NCBI GenBank assembly: GCA_950097015.1
Contig: CATNEN010000025.1
Span: forward strand, 1,302,001-1,366,000
Source of the DNA: Macrostomum hystrix
Lineage: Eukaryota > Animalia > Platyhelminthes
Direction: 5' to 3'
DNA: 64,000 bases
Part shown: one piece after another, positions 13,568-33,232 of the stretch
Numbering within the stretch: the stretch's first letter is position 1
Layout of the letters: each line of letters opens with the position of its first letter
Program-made: the position numbers and the translations under genes
The notes under the pieces: model-generated
The model's input: the letters and a program-made list of their open reading frames with translations, nothing else
Told to the model about the DNA's origin: nothing
Database searches by the model: none

Positions 13568-14898
13568 CTCTAGGTTCTCCCTGCAGGTGCAGTCTAAAAC
13601 TGCTAGCAGCTAGGCTAGCTAGCTATATTAATATAATTGCTAATTAATCTTTATATTAATATATAGGCCCTTAATCATGTATAAATGATATGATGATTAA
13701 TAACATATATACTTATATAAAAATAGCTATATATAATATAATTGTACATGTGCTATAGTATGCATATACGAGCGTATATGCTATATATATTTATATATTG
13801 TCATATTATTATATTTGTATCAGTCTCAAAACTTTTTAATTGAATGTAAAGTTAGGGCATACTAGTTTACTTTAATTAACAAAAACTTAAAAGTAATTAA
13901 TTAGTATTTTAGCCTGGTAAAATTTCCTATAAATGTCTTGCATATGTAACTAAACAAAAGTTGATTTAGCTTATAGAATGATAAGAAATGTCATAAATAT
14001 ATATAGCAAATATTGTTTTTGACAGGTTTACTTGTTCTTGTTACTTTATATCTGATAAGAAAAATACACATGTATGTTGTGATCTAGATGCTTGATAAAT
14101 GCTAGATACAAAAGAAATGTTTACATATTGTTTTGCTCTAGCTATTTACCATAGGTTTTTTAGATATACAGTTTTATATTAAGAAATATTTATTTACAAT
14201 TTATTCTTTATAATAACTATAACTACACTATAGCTTTCTTAACTGTTTTCAATTGTGTAGAGCTATAGCAATATTGAAATTCTAACATATCTTATATGGC
14301 TACATTAAGTATATGTAAATTAGCTAGCTTTTTGATATAATTAAAGTGTAAAATTATCTATCAGTCAAGGTCTTAGTCTCTTAGTTATCTTCTTGATTCT
14401 AAATTTATATTGACCAAGTTTTCAATTCATAATGCTCATCTATGAGTTAGCATTATCTTGCCCTTTTATTTAGTATCATTGATAATTTTTTTATTTGTTA
14501 AATTCATTTTGGAGCAATGTAAGAAAAAGGTATATTTAAGCTTTGTATATCTAGATTGCTAAACAAAGTAGCATTATTATAAGTATTATTATAAGTAACA
14601 ACAGTTACTTATCAGTAATAAAATACAATATGGGCCTTAACATGGTAGGTGTCTAACACTATAGTTTGTTAAAGACAAGCTTAATAGCCTTCTGTCTAAA
14701 TAAAAATTTGCTCATTAAAATACAAATCATTTTAATTCTTGGATATTAGTTAGTTTATCTTTTTTTCCACCTAGTCTAATTTAATTTTTTTAAATAATTT
14801 AAATTTAGCTGTAATTCAATCCAAAAAATCAAACTCAGGACTCACCTGCCAGCAGGGCAACTGGCGGCAAGCGTCGCCGCAAAGCTCAGAAGCCCCAA

Positions 14899-15762
14899 AT
14901 GCCGCAGGTGCCTCCACCAATACAACAGCAGCAACAGCAGCAGCAGCATCTTAATCAGTTTCAGCATAATCAACAGCTGCAGTATCACATGTTAACACCC
15001 GTGCCTCCACCACCACAACAGCATCACAACCATATTAACCATCTGCATCAGCAACAGCAGCAGCATCCTCATCTGCAGCCGACTCTGCTGCCCCACCCCA
15101 TGGTCCAGCAGCATCAGGCTGCTGCAGCATTCGGCCTAAGCGAACACCTGGCCATTGGCAGCCTGCGAATCAGCTTTGCTCCCGTATTCACCTGCAACCT
15201 GTGCGAGCGGCCATTCACGGACAGGGCCTCCTTTGAGCGGCACAGCGCGGCGGCGCATCTGCGAGGCGATGCTTCAGCGCCCGATCGTCGACTCGTTGAT
15301 TCGAACGTTGGCGGTAGCGGCCTCAGCGTGCCTGTACAGCTTACAGCCCCGATTGACTCTGGCGCTGACTGTGGTTCCATTGGCAACGCCACGAAATCAG
15401 TTGACGGCGCCGGAAGAAGAAAGCCGCACCAATGCGAATTGTGCCTGAAACAATTCAGACAGAAGGCCCACCTCAGCCATCACCTGATGACACATTCCGG
15501 CGCCAAGCCATTCAAATGTCCGGCCTGCGATTGCAGCTTCCCCCAGCAGTACTCGCTTAGCCGGCACATGCTGCGACACAGCGACGGCCGGCCGTTCGCC
15601 TGCGACTTGTGCGGCCGCGCCTTCCGTCAGAAAGTGCACCTGGGTGCGCATGTGCGCACCCACACAGGCCACAAGCCGTTCTGCTGCAGATTCTGCGACA
15701 AACAGTTTGCTCATAGATACTCACTTGATAGGCATGTTAGTCAGCTGCATCCATTGACCTAA
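14899..15762 (+). CDS. C2H2 zinc-finger transcription factor (Q/H/P-rich N-terminus, 5 fingers)
   Basis: CxxC-x12-HxxxH fingers (CNLC, CELC, CPAC, CDLC, CRFC) with SGAKPF and TGHKPF linkers. Frame is open back to an acceptor CTCAG at 14838 (adds DSPASRATGGKRRRK), so an upstream exon or trans-splice is possible. Confidence 0.92.
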   Translation: MPQVPPPIQQQQQQQQHLNQFQHNQQLQYHMLTPVPPPPQQHHNHINHLHQQQQQHPHLQPTLLPHPMVQQHQAAAAFGLSEHLAIGSLRISFAPVFTCNLCERPFTDRASFERHSAAAHLRGDASAPDRRLVDSNVGGSGLSVPVQLTAPIDSGADCGSIGNATKSVDGAGRRKPHQCELCLKQFRQKAHLSHHLMTHSGAKPFKCPACDCSFPQQYSLSRHMLRHSDGRPFACDLCGRAFRQKVHLGAHVRTHTGHKPFCCRFCDKQFAHRYSLDRHVSQLHPLT

Positions 15763-16061
15763 TACTTTCTTCTATCCTGCCTACTCGGCTGAATGTGCTA
15801 AACTGCCTACTCGAATTTCTATTCAGTAGTCGATATGGCTTCTTCAAAAGATTCCAAACGTTCTCTGCCTATGTAGTTGTTTATTTTTCATGATATTAGT
15901 GAGGAACTCTTGTTCAGCAGCTTGTAAAATGTACATAAAATGAGCTAAAATCAGGAATTCTATGTTGAGACTACTATAACTGTATGTAAATGGCTTTTCG
16001 AGAATCTCTATTTTGCATATTTGCACACATAGAAACTATATTTGTACGTGTTCCGTCACTG

Positions 16062-16181
16062 AACAGTAGAAAGGTGGGTATTTCAAATACCTCCATGTTT
16101 CTTTTCCAGTAGACTGGGTATTTGAACCTCTCCCGTGGTCTTTCCGCTGGGTGAAAATAGCGTGCCGATTCTTCTGTTAAT
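16062..16181. mobile_element. Degenerate copy of TTAA-MITE family
   Basis: Starts AACAGTAGAAAG, contains GGGTATTTCAAATAC, ends TTCTTCTGTTAA; related to 60521-60724. Confidence 0.55.
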
Positions 16182-16374
16182 TTTCGCAGTGTTAACCTGC
16201 AAATCAACTTCAAATACTGTCAACTAGATTGAGCTGAAAGAAATATATTTATGACACATCCTGTTAGCAGTTTCTACTTCATGCTTTATAAAAATTTCAT
16301 TCATTTTTTTCCTAACCTTTAAATGCTGAGGCGGCTTTCAGCCCATTGAATAAAGCTTTGGACTTCTAAACGAT

Positions 16375-16470
16375 TGGTCCGAAGTTCGAATTTGTGTCCT
16401 TGAGCAATGCACTTTAGGCATAAGCGCTTCAGTTCACCCAGCTGTAAAACGGGTGCCAGAATTTGTAGAG
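16375..16470 (+). mobile_element. SINE family B central-domain fragment
   Basis: TGTGTCCTTGAGCAATGCACTT...GCTTCAGTTCACCCAGCTGTAAAACGGGTGCCAG matches 20893-20962. Confidence 0.7.
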
Positions 16471-16489
16471 TAGAAAGTTCACCTCTACT

Positions 16490-16890
16490 ATCCAAGATCC
16501 CATTCTCACCTCTACTATCCAAGATCCCATTCTCAGTCTTCACTATCCAAGATCCCATTCTCAGTCTTCACTATCCAAGATCCCATTCTCAGTCTTCACT
16601 ATCAAAGATCCCATTCTCAGCTCCACTATCCAAGACCCATTCTCAGCTCCACTATCCAAGATCCCATTCTCAGTCTTCACTATCAAGGATCCCATTCTCA
16701 GCTCCACTATCCAAGACCCATTTCTCAGCTCCACTATCCAAGACCCATTCTCAGCTCCACTATCCAAGATCCCATTCTCAGTCTTCACTATCAAGGATCC
16801 CATTCTCAGCTCCACTATCCAAGACCCATTCTCAGCTCCACTATCCAAGATCCCATTCTCAGTCTTCACTATCCAAGATCCCATTCTCAA
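16490..16890. repeat. 27-28-bp minisatellite (ACTATCCAAGATCCCATTCTCAGTCTTC and variants)
   Basis: About 14 tandem copies directly abutting the SINE fragment. Confidence 0.93.
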
Positions 16891-17037
16891 CTTTTATTAT
16901 CCCAGATTCAAGTATTATAAATCAGTTAAAATGGCAGCTGTATTAGGAGCTGTATTTTAATTCGGGTATATACCTAATTGGCACATACTACAAATAACTA
17001 TAATATATATGATAATAACTCTTCAGCGGCCTCGCCA

Positions 17038-17571
17038 ATGACCTCCAAGAAGGCCACCTCATCGGCGGCAGGTCCGGTAACACCTGTGCCCGTAGTTGGG
17101 CGCCACCTGAAGGAGCGCCTGGGAAAATTAGAGGATGTTGAAAAGAAGGCCGATCTGGTGCTGCAGCTGGCCGCAAACACCCTGGAGGAGCTGGGCAAAG
17201 ATCGTACAGTACAGAAGACTGTGGATGACATCACTAAGAAATTCATTAATAATCTGCGCGACGTTGAAAAAGAGATGCTGGAACAGCTGACTTATCTGAA
17301 CCAGGTCAGCTGCGGTCACCCATACGAGAGTTCTGCCTATGCCGCCAGGTTGCAGTGTGACACCGCCACTGAGCAGGCTGTTATTGTGTGTGCTCAACTG
17401 GACCAACTCATCGGCATCTGCGGCCAATCTCTGCCGGTCACTAACTCGCTGGCCTCCTCGTCTGCTTCTTCTGCGGCTCCTCCAGGTGCTGCTGCCGCGT
17501 CTTCTAATACCGGATCAGGCGAACTGGGACCAGATCTGGACTTGTCTGCCCCTTATAGGGCTGATACATGA
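17038..17571 (+). CDS. MED11: Mediator of RNA polymerase II transcription subunit 11 (intronless, 177 aa)
   Basis: ERLGKLEDVEK...LEELGKDR...LEQLTYLNQVSCGHPYESSAYAAR matches the MED11 pattern (human ERLRALEDIER...[22 protein letters not shown]). First in-frame ATG 17038. Confidence 0.9.
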   Translation: MTSKKATSSAAGPVTPVPVVGRHLKERLGKLEDVEKKADLVLQLAANTLEELGKDRTVQKTVDDITKKFINNLRDVEKEMLEQLTYLNQVSCGHPYESSAYAARLQCDTATEQAVIVCAQLDQLIGICGQSLPVTNSLASSSASSAAPPGAAAASSNTGSGELGPDLDLSAPYRADT

Positions 17572-17579
17572 GTGACTTA

Positions 17580-17895
17580 TCCCACAGTCCCATTCCTGTG
17601 CCTAATTATCCCATTTCTGAGCCTAAGTGTCCGATTCCTCTGCCTAATTATCCCATTCCTGTGGCTAATTATCCCATTCCTCTGCCTAATTATCCCATTC
17701 CTGTGCCCAATTATCCCATTCCTGTGCCTAATTATCCCATTCCTGTGCCTAATTATCCAATTCCTGTGCCCAATTATCCCATTTCTGTGCCTAATTATCC
17801 TATTCCTGTGCCCAATTATCCCATTCCTGTGCCCAATTATCCCATTCCTGTGCCTAATTATCCCATTCCTCTGCCTAATTATCCCATTCCTCTAC
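17580..17895. repeat. 21-bp minisatellite (CCTAATTATCCCATTCCTGTG)
   Basis: About 15 copies starting just after the MED11 stop. Confidence 0.95.
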
Positions 17896-18267
17896 ATTTA
17901 ACCTGACTCTGCCTTATTTATCCATTCCCCTAACTATTTTTCAAACTCTAATCTATACCATTCCCTTAACTTTAGTCTGTACTATTTCAAACTATCTCGT
18001 TTGTATTAAAGTTGTGAAAACTGTTTAATACAAGCAAGAAATGCTAGTTTAAAAAATCTGTATTGTATTGTAGTTAAACTTCACAAATGGCAATGCATCA
18101 ATTAAAATTGCTGGGCTAACCGTGCATTTATAAAAACTGCTTGTCACAAATTGGCTAGCAATTTTGCGTAGCTTAAATTTCAATATAAATTGTACTTTTA
18201 GTTAGGTTTATTACTATTATTGCATCAGTGCTTTCGCTTTGCTTATTTCTATATATTATGACTTCTC

Positions 18268-18533
18268 AATAATAATAATTGATTACACCTGCCCCGATCG
18301 GGCCAGATGTGCAGTCGATAGCACATTCATTGCAAGGCGCACCTGAAGGCTGCGTACGGCTGTTCAGCCCATGGACTGGAGGGGAGGGTCCAGTCCACCC
18401 TCAATTACCCCAACTGATGCTGGCACCCATTTAACAGCTGGGTGAACTGAAGCAATGTAGGTTAAGCGACTCGCGAAATAACAAAAATTATCCCAATGGA
18501 GTCAGGAATCGAACCCCCGACCTTCAAGTCTGA
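18268..18533 (-). mobile_element. tRNA-derived SINE family B
   Basis: Reverse complement of 20820-21128: B-box GGTTCGATTCC, CTTCAGTTCACCCAGCTGTTAAATGGG central domain, CAGGTGTAATCA(ATT)n tail. Confidence 0.85.
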
Positions 18534-18619
18534 CCGGGAGGTCAGAAGTTCAAATCCCAACAATAGAAAACAATTTCTGTCATTAAGCAAAACAGTAAAC
18601 TACCAAGTCATTCAGATCA

Positions 18620-18745
18620 TCCAGGTGTAAAATGGGCATCAGCTGGGGTAGATATTTAGGCGGATGTGACGTGCCTCCCCAGTCCACGGACTGAATAGCT
18701 GTACACAGCCTTCGGAAGTATTATCTGCGGCTTAATAATATAGTT
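18620..18745 (+). mobile_element. SINE family B 3' fragment
   Basis: CCCCAGTCCACGGACTGAATAGCTGTACACAGCCTTC resembles 20996-21033. Confidence 0.65.
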
Positions 18746-18764
18746 TCAGGAGTGCTGCGGGCAA

Positions 18765-18975
18765 TGGCACATCATTTGGTGACACTAGACCGCAGTCAAC
18801 GAGGAGGCAATTCTGCCCATTTCGCTGACTCCTGAGCACACACGCACGCAGATACTGTACGCAGGCACACGCTCACACAGGTGTGTACATCTGCTCTGAC
18901 TTTCTCATCGTCAGGCAGTGTACACTTTCATTGTGCCTTGGAGGGCGTAAATTGCAGGACAAGCCCCCCAAGCCG
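18765..18975 (-). mobile_element. SINE family A, 5'-truncated
   Basis: Near-identical to 20070-20300; replaces the 3' end of the mariner. Confidence 0.85.
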
Positions 18976-19750
18976 TCAAGCAAGCAAGCAAGCAGCTTTG
19001 ATGTGCTCGACGCTGTCGAATCGAATGCCCCGAAGGTGCTTCTTCACAGATGGGAATAGGAAGAAGTCACAGGGTGACAAATCGGGCGAGTAGGGCGGAC
19101 GAAAGATAATTCTCTCCTCGCTGGAAACGGCGCAGGTGGTTGGTGGCGGCCAGAGCACGTCGGATCTTCTGCTCACCTGTCAGCAGGTGTGGCACCCACT
19201 TGCTGAATTTCTTCTGCAGGTTGAGACGCTCTGTCAGAATGGTGTGCACACTGCAAACTGACACTCCGACATCTTCTGACAGCTCTTCGCAAGTCAGTCA
19301 CCGATCATCATCCAGGAGCTCCTGCACTTTCTTCACCACGGTCTCGTTGGTGGCAGTCATCGGTCTTCCAGAGCGGTCGTTGTCCTCGACGCTCTCTCTG
19401 CCTTCAGCGAACAACCGGAACTACTTTCAAACAGTCTTTTCAGTTGGTGCACTGTCACCAAACACTTGCTGAATCTCTCTAAACAACTCCGGAGGTTTCT
19501 TTCCTTGCAGGAATTGGAACTTCATCAAGCTCCGAACGTCTTGCTTTGAAAAAGATTCTGCCATGGCCAAGAAATAGAAGGGTAGCTTAAAAAATTGCTT
19601 GTAGCTCAGACACAGTCACCAGCTAAGGCTTAAAAACTCAGGAAGGTTTAGGCCATAGACTTAACTTGCAGCATTCGAAAAAATTTTGTTCTGTGTGTCA
19701 TTTACAAAACAATGCCAAAGGACTGAAAAGAACTTTTTGAATGCACCTCG
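18976..19750 (-). mobile_element. Mariner (DD34D) transposon, internally deleted and inactive
   Basis: TA+CGAGGTGCATTCAAAAAG end at 19750; ATG 19564; HTH region, RSGRP, WVPHLLT and PPYSPDLSPCDFFLF motifs. In-frame stops, and a frameshifting deletion near 19105 removes the first two catalytic Asp motifs. Second TIR absent. Confidence 0.93.
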
Positions 19751-19978
19751 TACAGTTTATAGATTTGGTTAAATCTAAGTTTAGACTGTCTGCAAATTAT
19801 AAGTAACGTCATTACAAAATAGACATTTTTATTGCAGTCCATCAATATGCAGTCTTGCCTGATCCGCGCATGAGCTGACAGAGTCGCATTGTTCTTTCGT
19901 TTCGCTAAAAAATCCGTCACTAGTTTCAACCCAGCAGCTGATAAATTTCTACATTTATTTTCCTACAGTTGAAAAAAC

Positions 19979-27479
<7,501 letters not shown>

Positions 27480-28584
27480 CTATGCAACCAAGTCACTGCA
27501 TGGTTGCTAAGGAATCTCTGTTTAAGCTTTAGTTTGCAGGTGTTTACTAACAGCCTCATTGTGTTTTATTTTAAGCTTTGTTGTTATTGGTTATTTGTTA
27601 CCCAGTTTTGTTTGATTCAGTTTTTAATGCTGGTACTTAGTAAATTATAGGCTTCTTCTGTTCTTAGTAAGAATACATTGTGTGATCGTGTTGCATCTGT
27701 TCTGTATTATATTTCTTTTTTGTCTTTCTAGATATATATTGAAATCATATAGATTCAATTTGTCTTTTTTCAATTAGCAGGCATTCCATTTTATCATCTT
27801 GGTGATGCCTTTTTTGTTATGCCTTTGCATGCGAAATCAGAGCTGTGAACCTTTGACTGTTGGCTGTCTAGCTTTTTAAACGCGTATCTTTATACACCTA
27901 TATAAAAATATGATTTAAAAATCGGATTTGTTTGTTCTTGGTGTTGTTGTGCCAGTCCCTATTCTCTACTACTGCTAGCGCGCGTGTGCAGTAGTATGCT
28001 CGACATTTTTCGTCAAGTTCTTTATCATCTACTGTACAGGTGATTAGCCTTGATGTTTCCCAAATGCACTACTGCTGAGATTGGTGTCAGTAGTGTAGCT
28101 GCGTGTTGTTAACATTTTTTGTTAAATATTTTATCATCACGTGATTTTCATATCGTGCACTGCACACTCGCCCCAAACAACAGCCTAGGTGAAATTCTAC
28201 TGTGTGTGTGTTCGCGCGTGAACTTTAGCCTATCGTAGTCTGCTCTTGAATACTTTATTCTTCATTTTTGTTGTTGTCAAACTGTGTTTTCAGCGACGTC
28301 ACATGCTAAACAATGGCTATTTTATTTATCACTACATGCATGTCCGAGTCTATAAATCTAAAATGCTAATATTTTGCACGTGTTTTAGCGCCGCGTTACA
28401 ATCCAATTGTTAAAATCAGTAATAATCATCAATGGATTTGGACTAATTAGAACTCTATATTCCACCGTTTTTTCTTATTACTATCATGGCTTTATCCTGA
28501 TTAAACAGTTTCTTCAGGTAATTGTCCTCGTGTTTTGCTTTCTTCTCTTACGTTTAGATCACAAAGTCGGGATTCTCAGAATTA

Positions 28585-30575
28585 CCTAATCCTAGATTTG
28601 GGATATTTGTGATTGTCTCATCCTAGGATTGGTATAGATCCTAGATTTGGGATATTTGTAAATGTCTCATCCTAGAATTGGTATAGATCCTAGATTTGGG
28701 ATATTTGTGATTTTCTCATCCTAGGATTGGTATAGATCCTAGATTTGGGATATTTGTGATTGTCTCATCCTAGGATTGGTATAGATCCTAGATTTGGGAT
28801 ATTTGTGATTTTCTCATCCTAGAATTGGTATAGATCCTAGATTTGGGATATTTGTGATTGTCTCATCCTAGGATTGGTATAGATCCTAGATTTGGGATAT
28901 TTGTGATTGTCTCATCCTAGGATTGGTATGGATCCTAGATTTGGGATATTTGTGATTGTCTCATCCTAGGATTGGTATAGATCCTAGATTTGGGATATTT
29001 GTAAATGTCTCATCCTAGGATTGGTATAGATCCTAGATTTGGGATATTTGTAAATGTCTCATCCTAGGATTGGTATAGATCCTAGATTTGGGATATTTGT
29101 GATTGTCTCATCCTAGGATTGGTATAGATCATATTTTTTGGATATTTGTGATTGTCTCATCCTAGGATTGGTATAGATCCTAGATTTGGGATATTTGTGA
29201 TTGTCTCATCCTAGGATTGGTATAGATCATATTTTTTGGATATTTGTGATTGTCTCATCCTAGGATTGGTATAGATCCTAGATTTGGGATATTTGTGATT
29301 GTCTCATCCTAGGATTGGTATAGATCATATTTTTTGGATATTTGTGATTGTCTCATCCTAGGATTGGTATAGATCCTAGATTTGGGATATTTGTGATTGT
29401 CTCATCCTAGGATTGGTATAGATCATATTTTTTGCATATTTGTGATTGTCTCATCCTAGGATTGGTATGGATCCTAGATTTGGGATATTTGTGATTGTCT
29501 CATCCTAGGATTGGTATAGATCCTAGATTTGGGATATTTGTGATTGTCTCATCCTAGGATTGGTATGGATCCTAGATTTGGGATATTTGTGATTGTCTCA
29601 TCCTAGGATTGGTATAGATCCTAGATTTGGGATATTTGTGATTGTCTCATCCTAGGATTGGTATAGATCATATTTTTTGGATTTTTGTGATTGTCTCATC
29701 CTAGGATTGGTATGGATCCTAGATTTGGGATATTTGTGATTGTCTCATCCTAGGATTGGTATAGATCCTAGATTTGGGATATTTGTGATTGTCTCATCCT
29801 AGGATTGGTATAGATCCTAGATTTGGGATATTTGTGATTGTCTTATCCTAGGATTGGTATAGATCATATTTTTTGGATATTTGTGATTGTCTCATCCTAG
29901 GATTGGTATGGATCCTAGATTTGGGATATTTGTGATTGTCTCATCCTAGGATTGGTATAGATCCTAGATTTGGGATATTTGTAAATGTCTCATCCTAGGA
30001 TTGGTATAGATCCTAGATTTGGGATATTTGTAAATGTCTCATCCTAGGATTGGTATAGATCATATTTTTTGGATATTTGTGATTGTCTCATCCTAGGATT
30101 GGTATAGATCATATTTTTTGGATATTTGTGATTGTCTCATCCTAGGATTGGTATAGATCATATTTTTTGGATATTTGTGATTGTCTCATCCTAGGATTGG
30201 TATAGATCCTAGATTTGGGATATTTGTAAATGTCTCATCCTAGGATTGGTATAGATCATATTTTTTGGATATTTGTGATTGTCTCATCCTAGGATTGGTA
30301 TAGATCCTAGATTTGGGATATTTGTAAATGTCTCATCCTTGGTATAGATCCTAGGTTTGGGATATTTCTGATTTTCTAATCCTTGGTATAGATCCAAGGT
30401 TTAGGATATTTCAGATTTTCTCATCCTTGGTATAGATCCTAGGTTTGGGATATTTCTGATTTTCTAATCCTTGGTATAGATCCTAGATTTGGGATGTTTC
30501 TGATTGTCTCATCCTTGGTGTGGATCCTAGGTTTGGGATATTTCTAATTTTCTCATCCTTGGTATAGATCCTAGA
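28585..30575. repeat. 49-bp minisatellite
   Basis: CCTAGATTTGGGATATTTGTGATTGTCTCATCCTAGGATTGGTATAGAT, about 40 copies; shorter variants after 30340. Confidence 0.97.
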
Positions 30576-31367
30576 GTTCTGTTATAGAACTCATATATTA
30601 AGGACTGGGGTGAATCCATTAAATGAATAATTGAGGTTGTCACATCCTAGACACTTAGATTATTTACCATCTAGGGTTAGGATTTTAAAGATTGTCATTC
30701 CGGTTTTATAGGGCAATTTAGACAGCCTGCATGATGACAAGCCAGCTGCGCTACTGACCGCTGATCGAATGATTTCCTGCGTTGCGAACTCAGCCCTGTC
30801 ATCAGCTCAAAGCAGGCAATATTCTTTATACTCATGGGGATTCTAACAGGCGTCACGCCACGCTTTGAGGCATCATAAAAGAGAGGCCGCGGTCTCTGGG
30901 ATTGACTTCTGCCTAATCTGCAGCTGCATGAATGTCTTCCGCTTTAATCTCGATCCCTTTCACTTTCTTCAGAGCTACGAGCTACTCGTAGTTTGGGATT
31001 TCCTAACGATAGGTAGGAGTGGGCCAATTATCCTGTTTCGTCTCTAACCTCGTCCATCTAGCTCTGGGAAAGTTAATTGCATCTGACGAGCTGGGCCCTC
31101 CCGTTCTTCAGCAGGAGGTGCAGCAATATGCAGGCGCTGAAGCGCTGGGAGGGACACTGGGGAGAGGACTGATTTGGCAAGGAGAAAGAGGGATTGAGCA
31201 GGTCTGCGCCATAATGCCATGCAGCTTAACACACTGCCGGTCATCGCTTAAAAGAGACCCGCGTGATTCTCTTTCATGCTAAGTACAGGTACAGCTAATA
31301 CGGTGGGTAACAGAAAAGGCAACGACTGGACAAACGCAAACAGTAAATACACAACTAGCGGCTCCAT

Positions 31368-32020
31368 GAGCCTGAGAACTCACAGACGATGAGTTCACGA
31401 ACCTGAGAACTCACAGACGATGAGTTCACGAACCTGAGAACTCACAGACGATGAGTTCACGAACCTGAGAACTCACAGACGATGAGTTCACGAACCTGAG
31501 AACTCACAGACGATGAGTTCACGAACCTGAGAACTCACAGACGATGAGTTCACGAACCTGAGAACTCACAGACGATGAGTTCACGAACCTGAGAACTCAC
31601 AGACGATGAGTTCACGAACCTGAGAACTCACAGACGATGAGTTCACGAACCTGAGAACTCACAGACGATGAGTTCACGAACCTGAGAACTCACAGACGAT
31701 GAGTTCACGAACCTGAGAACTCACAACCAATGAATTCATGAACCTGAGACCTCACAACCAATGAATTCATGAACCTGAGACCTCACAACCAATGAATTCA
31801 TGAACCTGAGACCTCACAACCAATGAATTCATGAACCTGGGACCTCACAACCAATGAATTCATGAACCTGAGACCTCACAACCAATCAATTCATGAACCT
31901 GAGACCTCACAACCAATGAATTCATGAACCTGAGACCTCACAACCAATCAATTCATGAACCTGAGACCTCACAACCAATGAATTCATGAACCTGGGACCT
32001 CACAACCAATGAATTCATTG
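31368..32020. repeat. 31-bp minisatellite with two segregated unit types
   Basis: CCTGAGAACTCACAGACGATGAGTTCACGAA to about 31720, then CCTGAGACCTCACAACCAATGAATTCATGAA. Confidence 0.96.
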
Positions 32021-32654
32021 AACCAGAGACGATAGTGCCAACAACCAGATGAACTATAAGTCTCATGTACTCATACACAGCAGCTTAGGTGACGCTGGGG
32101 AAAAGTAAAGTTTTCGAGATATCTCGAAATTTAATAAATACAAGCCTTTCCTCAGACCCGTCAATATCCTCAGACCGAGTTGAGCAGCAATTATGCTGCG
32201 GCATATCAGAGAGCCGTCCAACTGTTCGCTATATTGAAATGGTTTGGAAAGGCTGAGGGAATTTCACTCTCACATTAGGATTTCATCTCCGTCCGACTCT
32301 CTCTTCCCCTCCCTCTACTCAACTTCATTTATTTCTACGATCAACTCTCGGATCCCATCGAAAATTTGTGCGTCGCTAACCGGCCATGGCTTCAGGCCTA
32401 CTTATACTCAGAAGATCTAAATAGACATGAGCATACTTCACTTACGGCAACCGGCCGTTACCATATGTAGTACTGATATAATAATAGCATACCATATTGA
32501 CCGTGAACACAAAGACTGTGTACAGCTGTTCGGTCCATGGACTGGTAGGGAACCCCTCCAGCTAATGCTAGCGACCATTTCTCAGTTTCTAAGAACTAAA
32601 GCAATGTCGTCCAAGCACACATTTTTCATCCCTCCACCGCCTCATCACTAATTT

Positions 32655-33232
32655 GTCTCATCCCTCCCCTGTCTCATCCCTCGGCTGTCTCATCCCTCCC
32701 CTGTCTCATCCCTCCCTTGTCTCATCCCTCCGCTGTCTCATCCCTCCCCTGTCTCATCCCTCCCTTGTCTCATCCCTCCGCTGTCTCATCCCTCCCCTGT
32801 CTCATCCCTCCCCTGTCTCATCCCTCCCCTGTCTCATCCCTCCCCTGTCTCATCCCTCCCCTGTCTCATCCCTCCCCCGTCTCATCCCTCCGCTGTCTCA
32901 TACCTCCACTGTCTCCTCTCTCCACTGTCTCATCTCTCCGCAGTCTCGAACCTCCGCTGTCTCAAACCTCCACCGTCTTGTCTCTCCCCTGTCTGATCTC
33001 TCCCCTGTCTGATCTCTCCCCTGTCTTGTCTCTCCCCTGTCTGATCTCTCCCCTGTCTGATCTCTCCCCTGTCTTGTCTCTCCCCTGTCTGATCTCTCCC
33101 CTGTCTGATCTCTCCCCTGTCTGATCTCTCCCCTGTCTGATCTCTCCCCTGTCTTATCTTTCGTATGTATTATCTCGATCTCCTGCCTCATCCCCTCCCG
33201 TGCATCATCCCCCCGTGTCTCATCTCTCCCCT
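32655..33232. repeat. 15-16-bp pyrimidine-rich minisatellite (CCCTGTCTCATC core)
   Basis: Tandem TCTCATCCCTCCCCTG then TGATCTCTCCCCTGTC variants. Confidence 0.93.

Noticed and set aside
16978-17037. Upstream TTG start for MED11 given by the ORF track
   Set aside because: AT-rich sequence preceding an acceptor-like CTTCAG; the ATG at 17038 is more plausible.
30755-30812. Hammerhead-like CTGATGA...GAAA (minus strand), and a C/D-box-like ATGATGA...CTGA at 30731
   Set aside because: Stems I and II do not pair next to the core; the C-to-D spacing of about 30 nt is too short and there is no terminal stem.
31368-32020. CRISPR-like 31-bp palindromic direct repeats
   Set aside because: No unique spacers, no cas genes, eukaryotic context.
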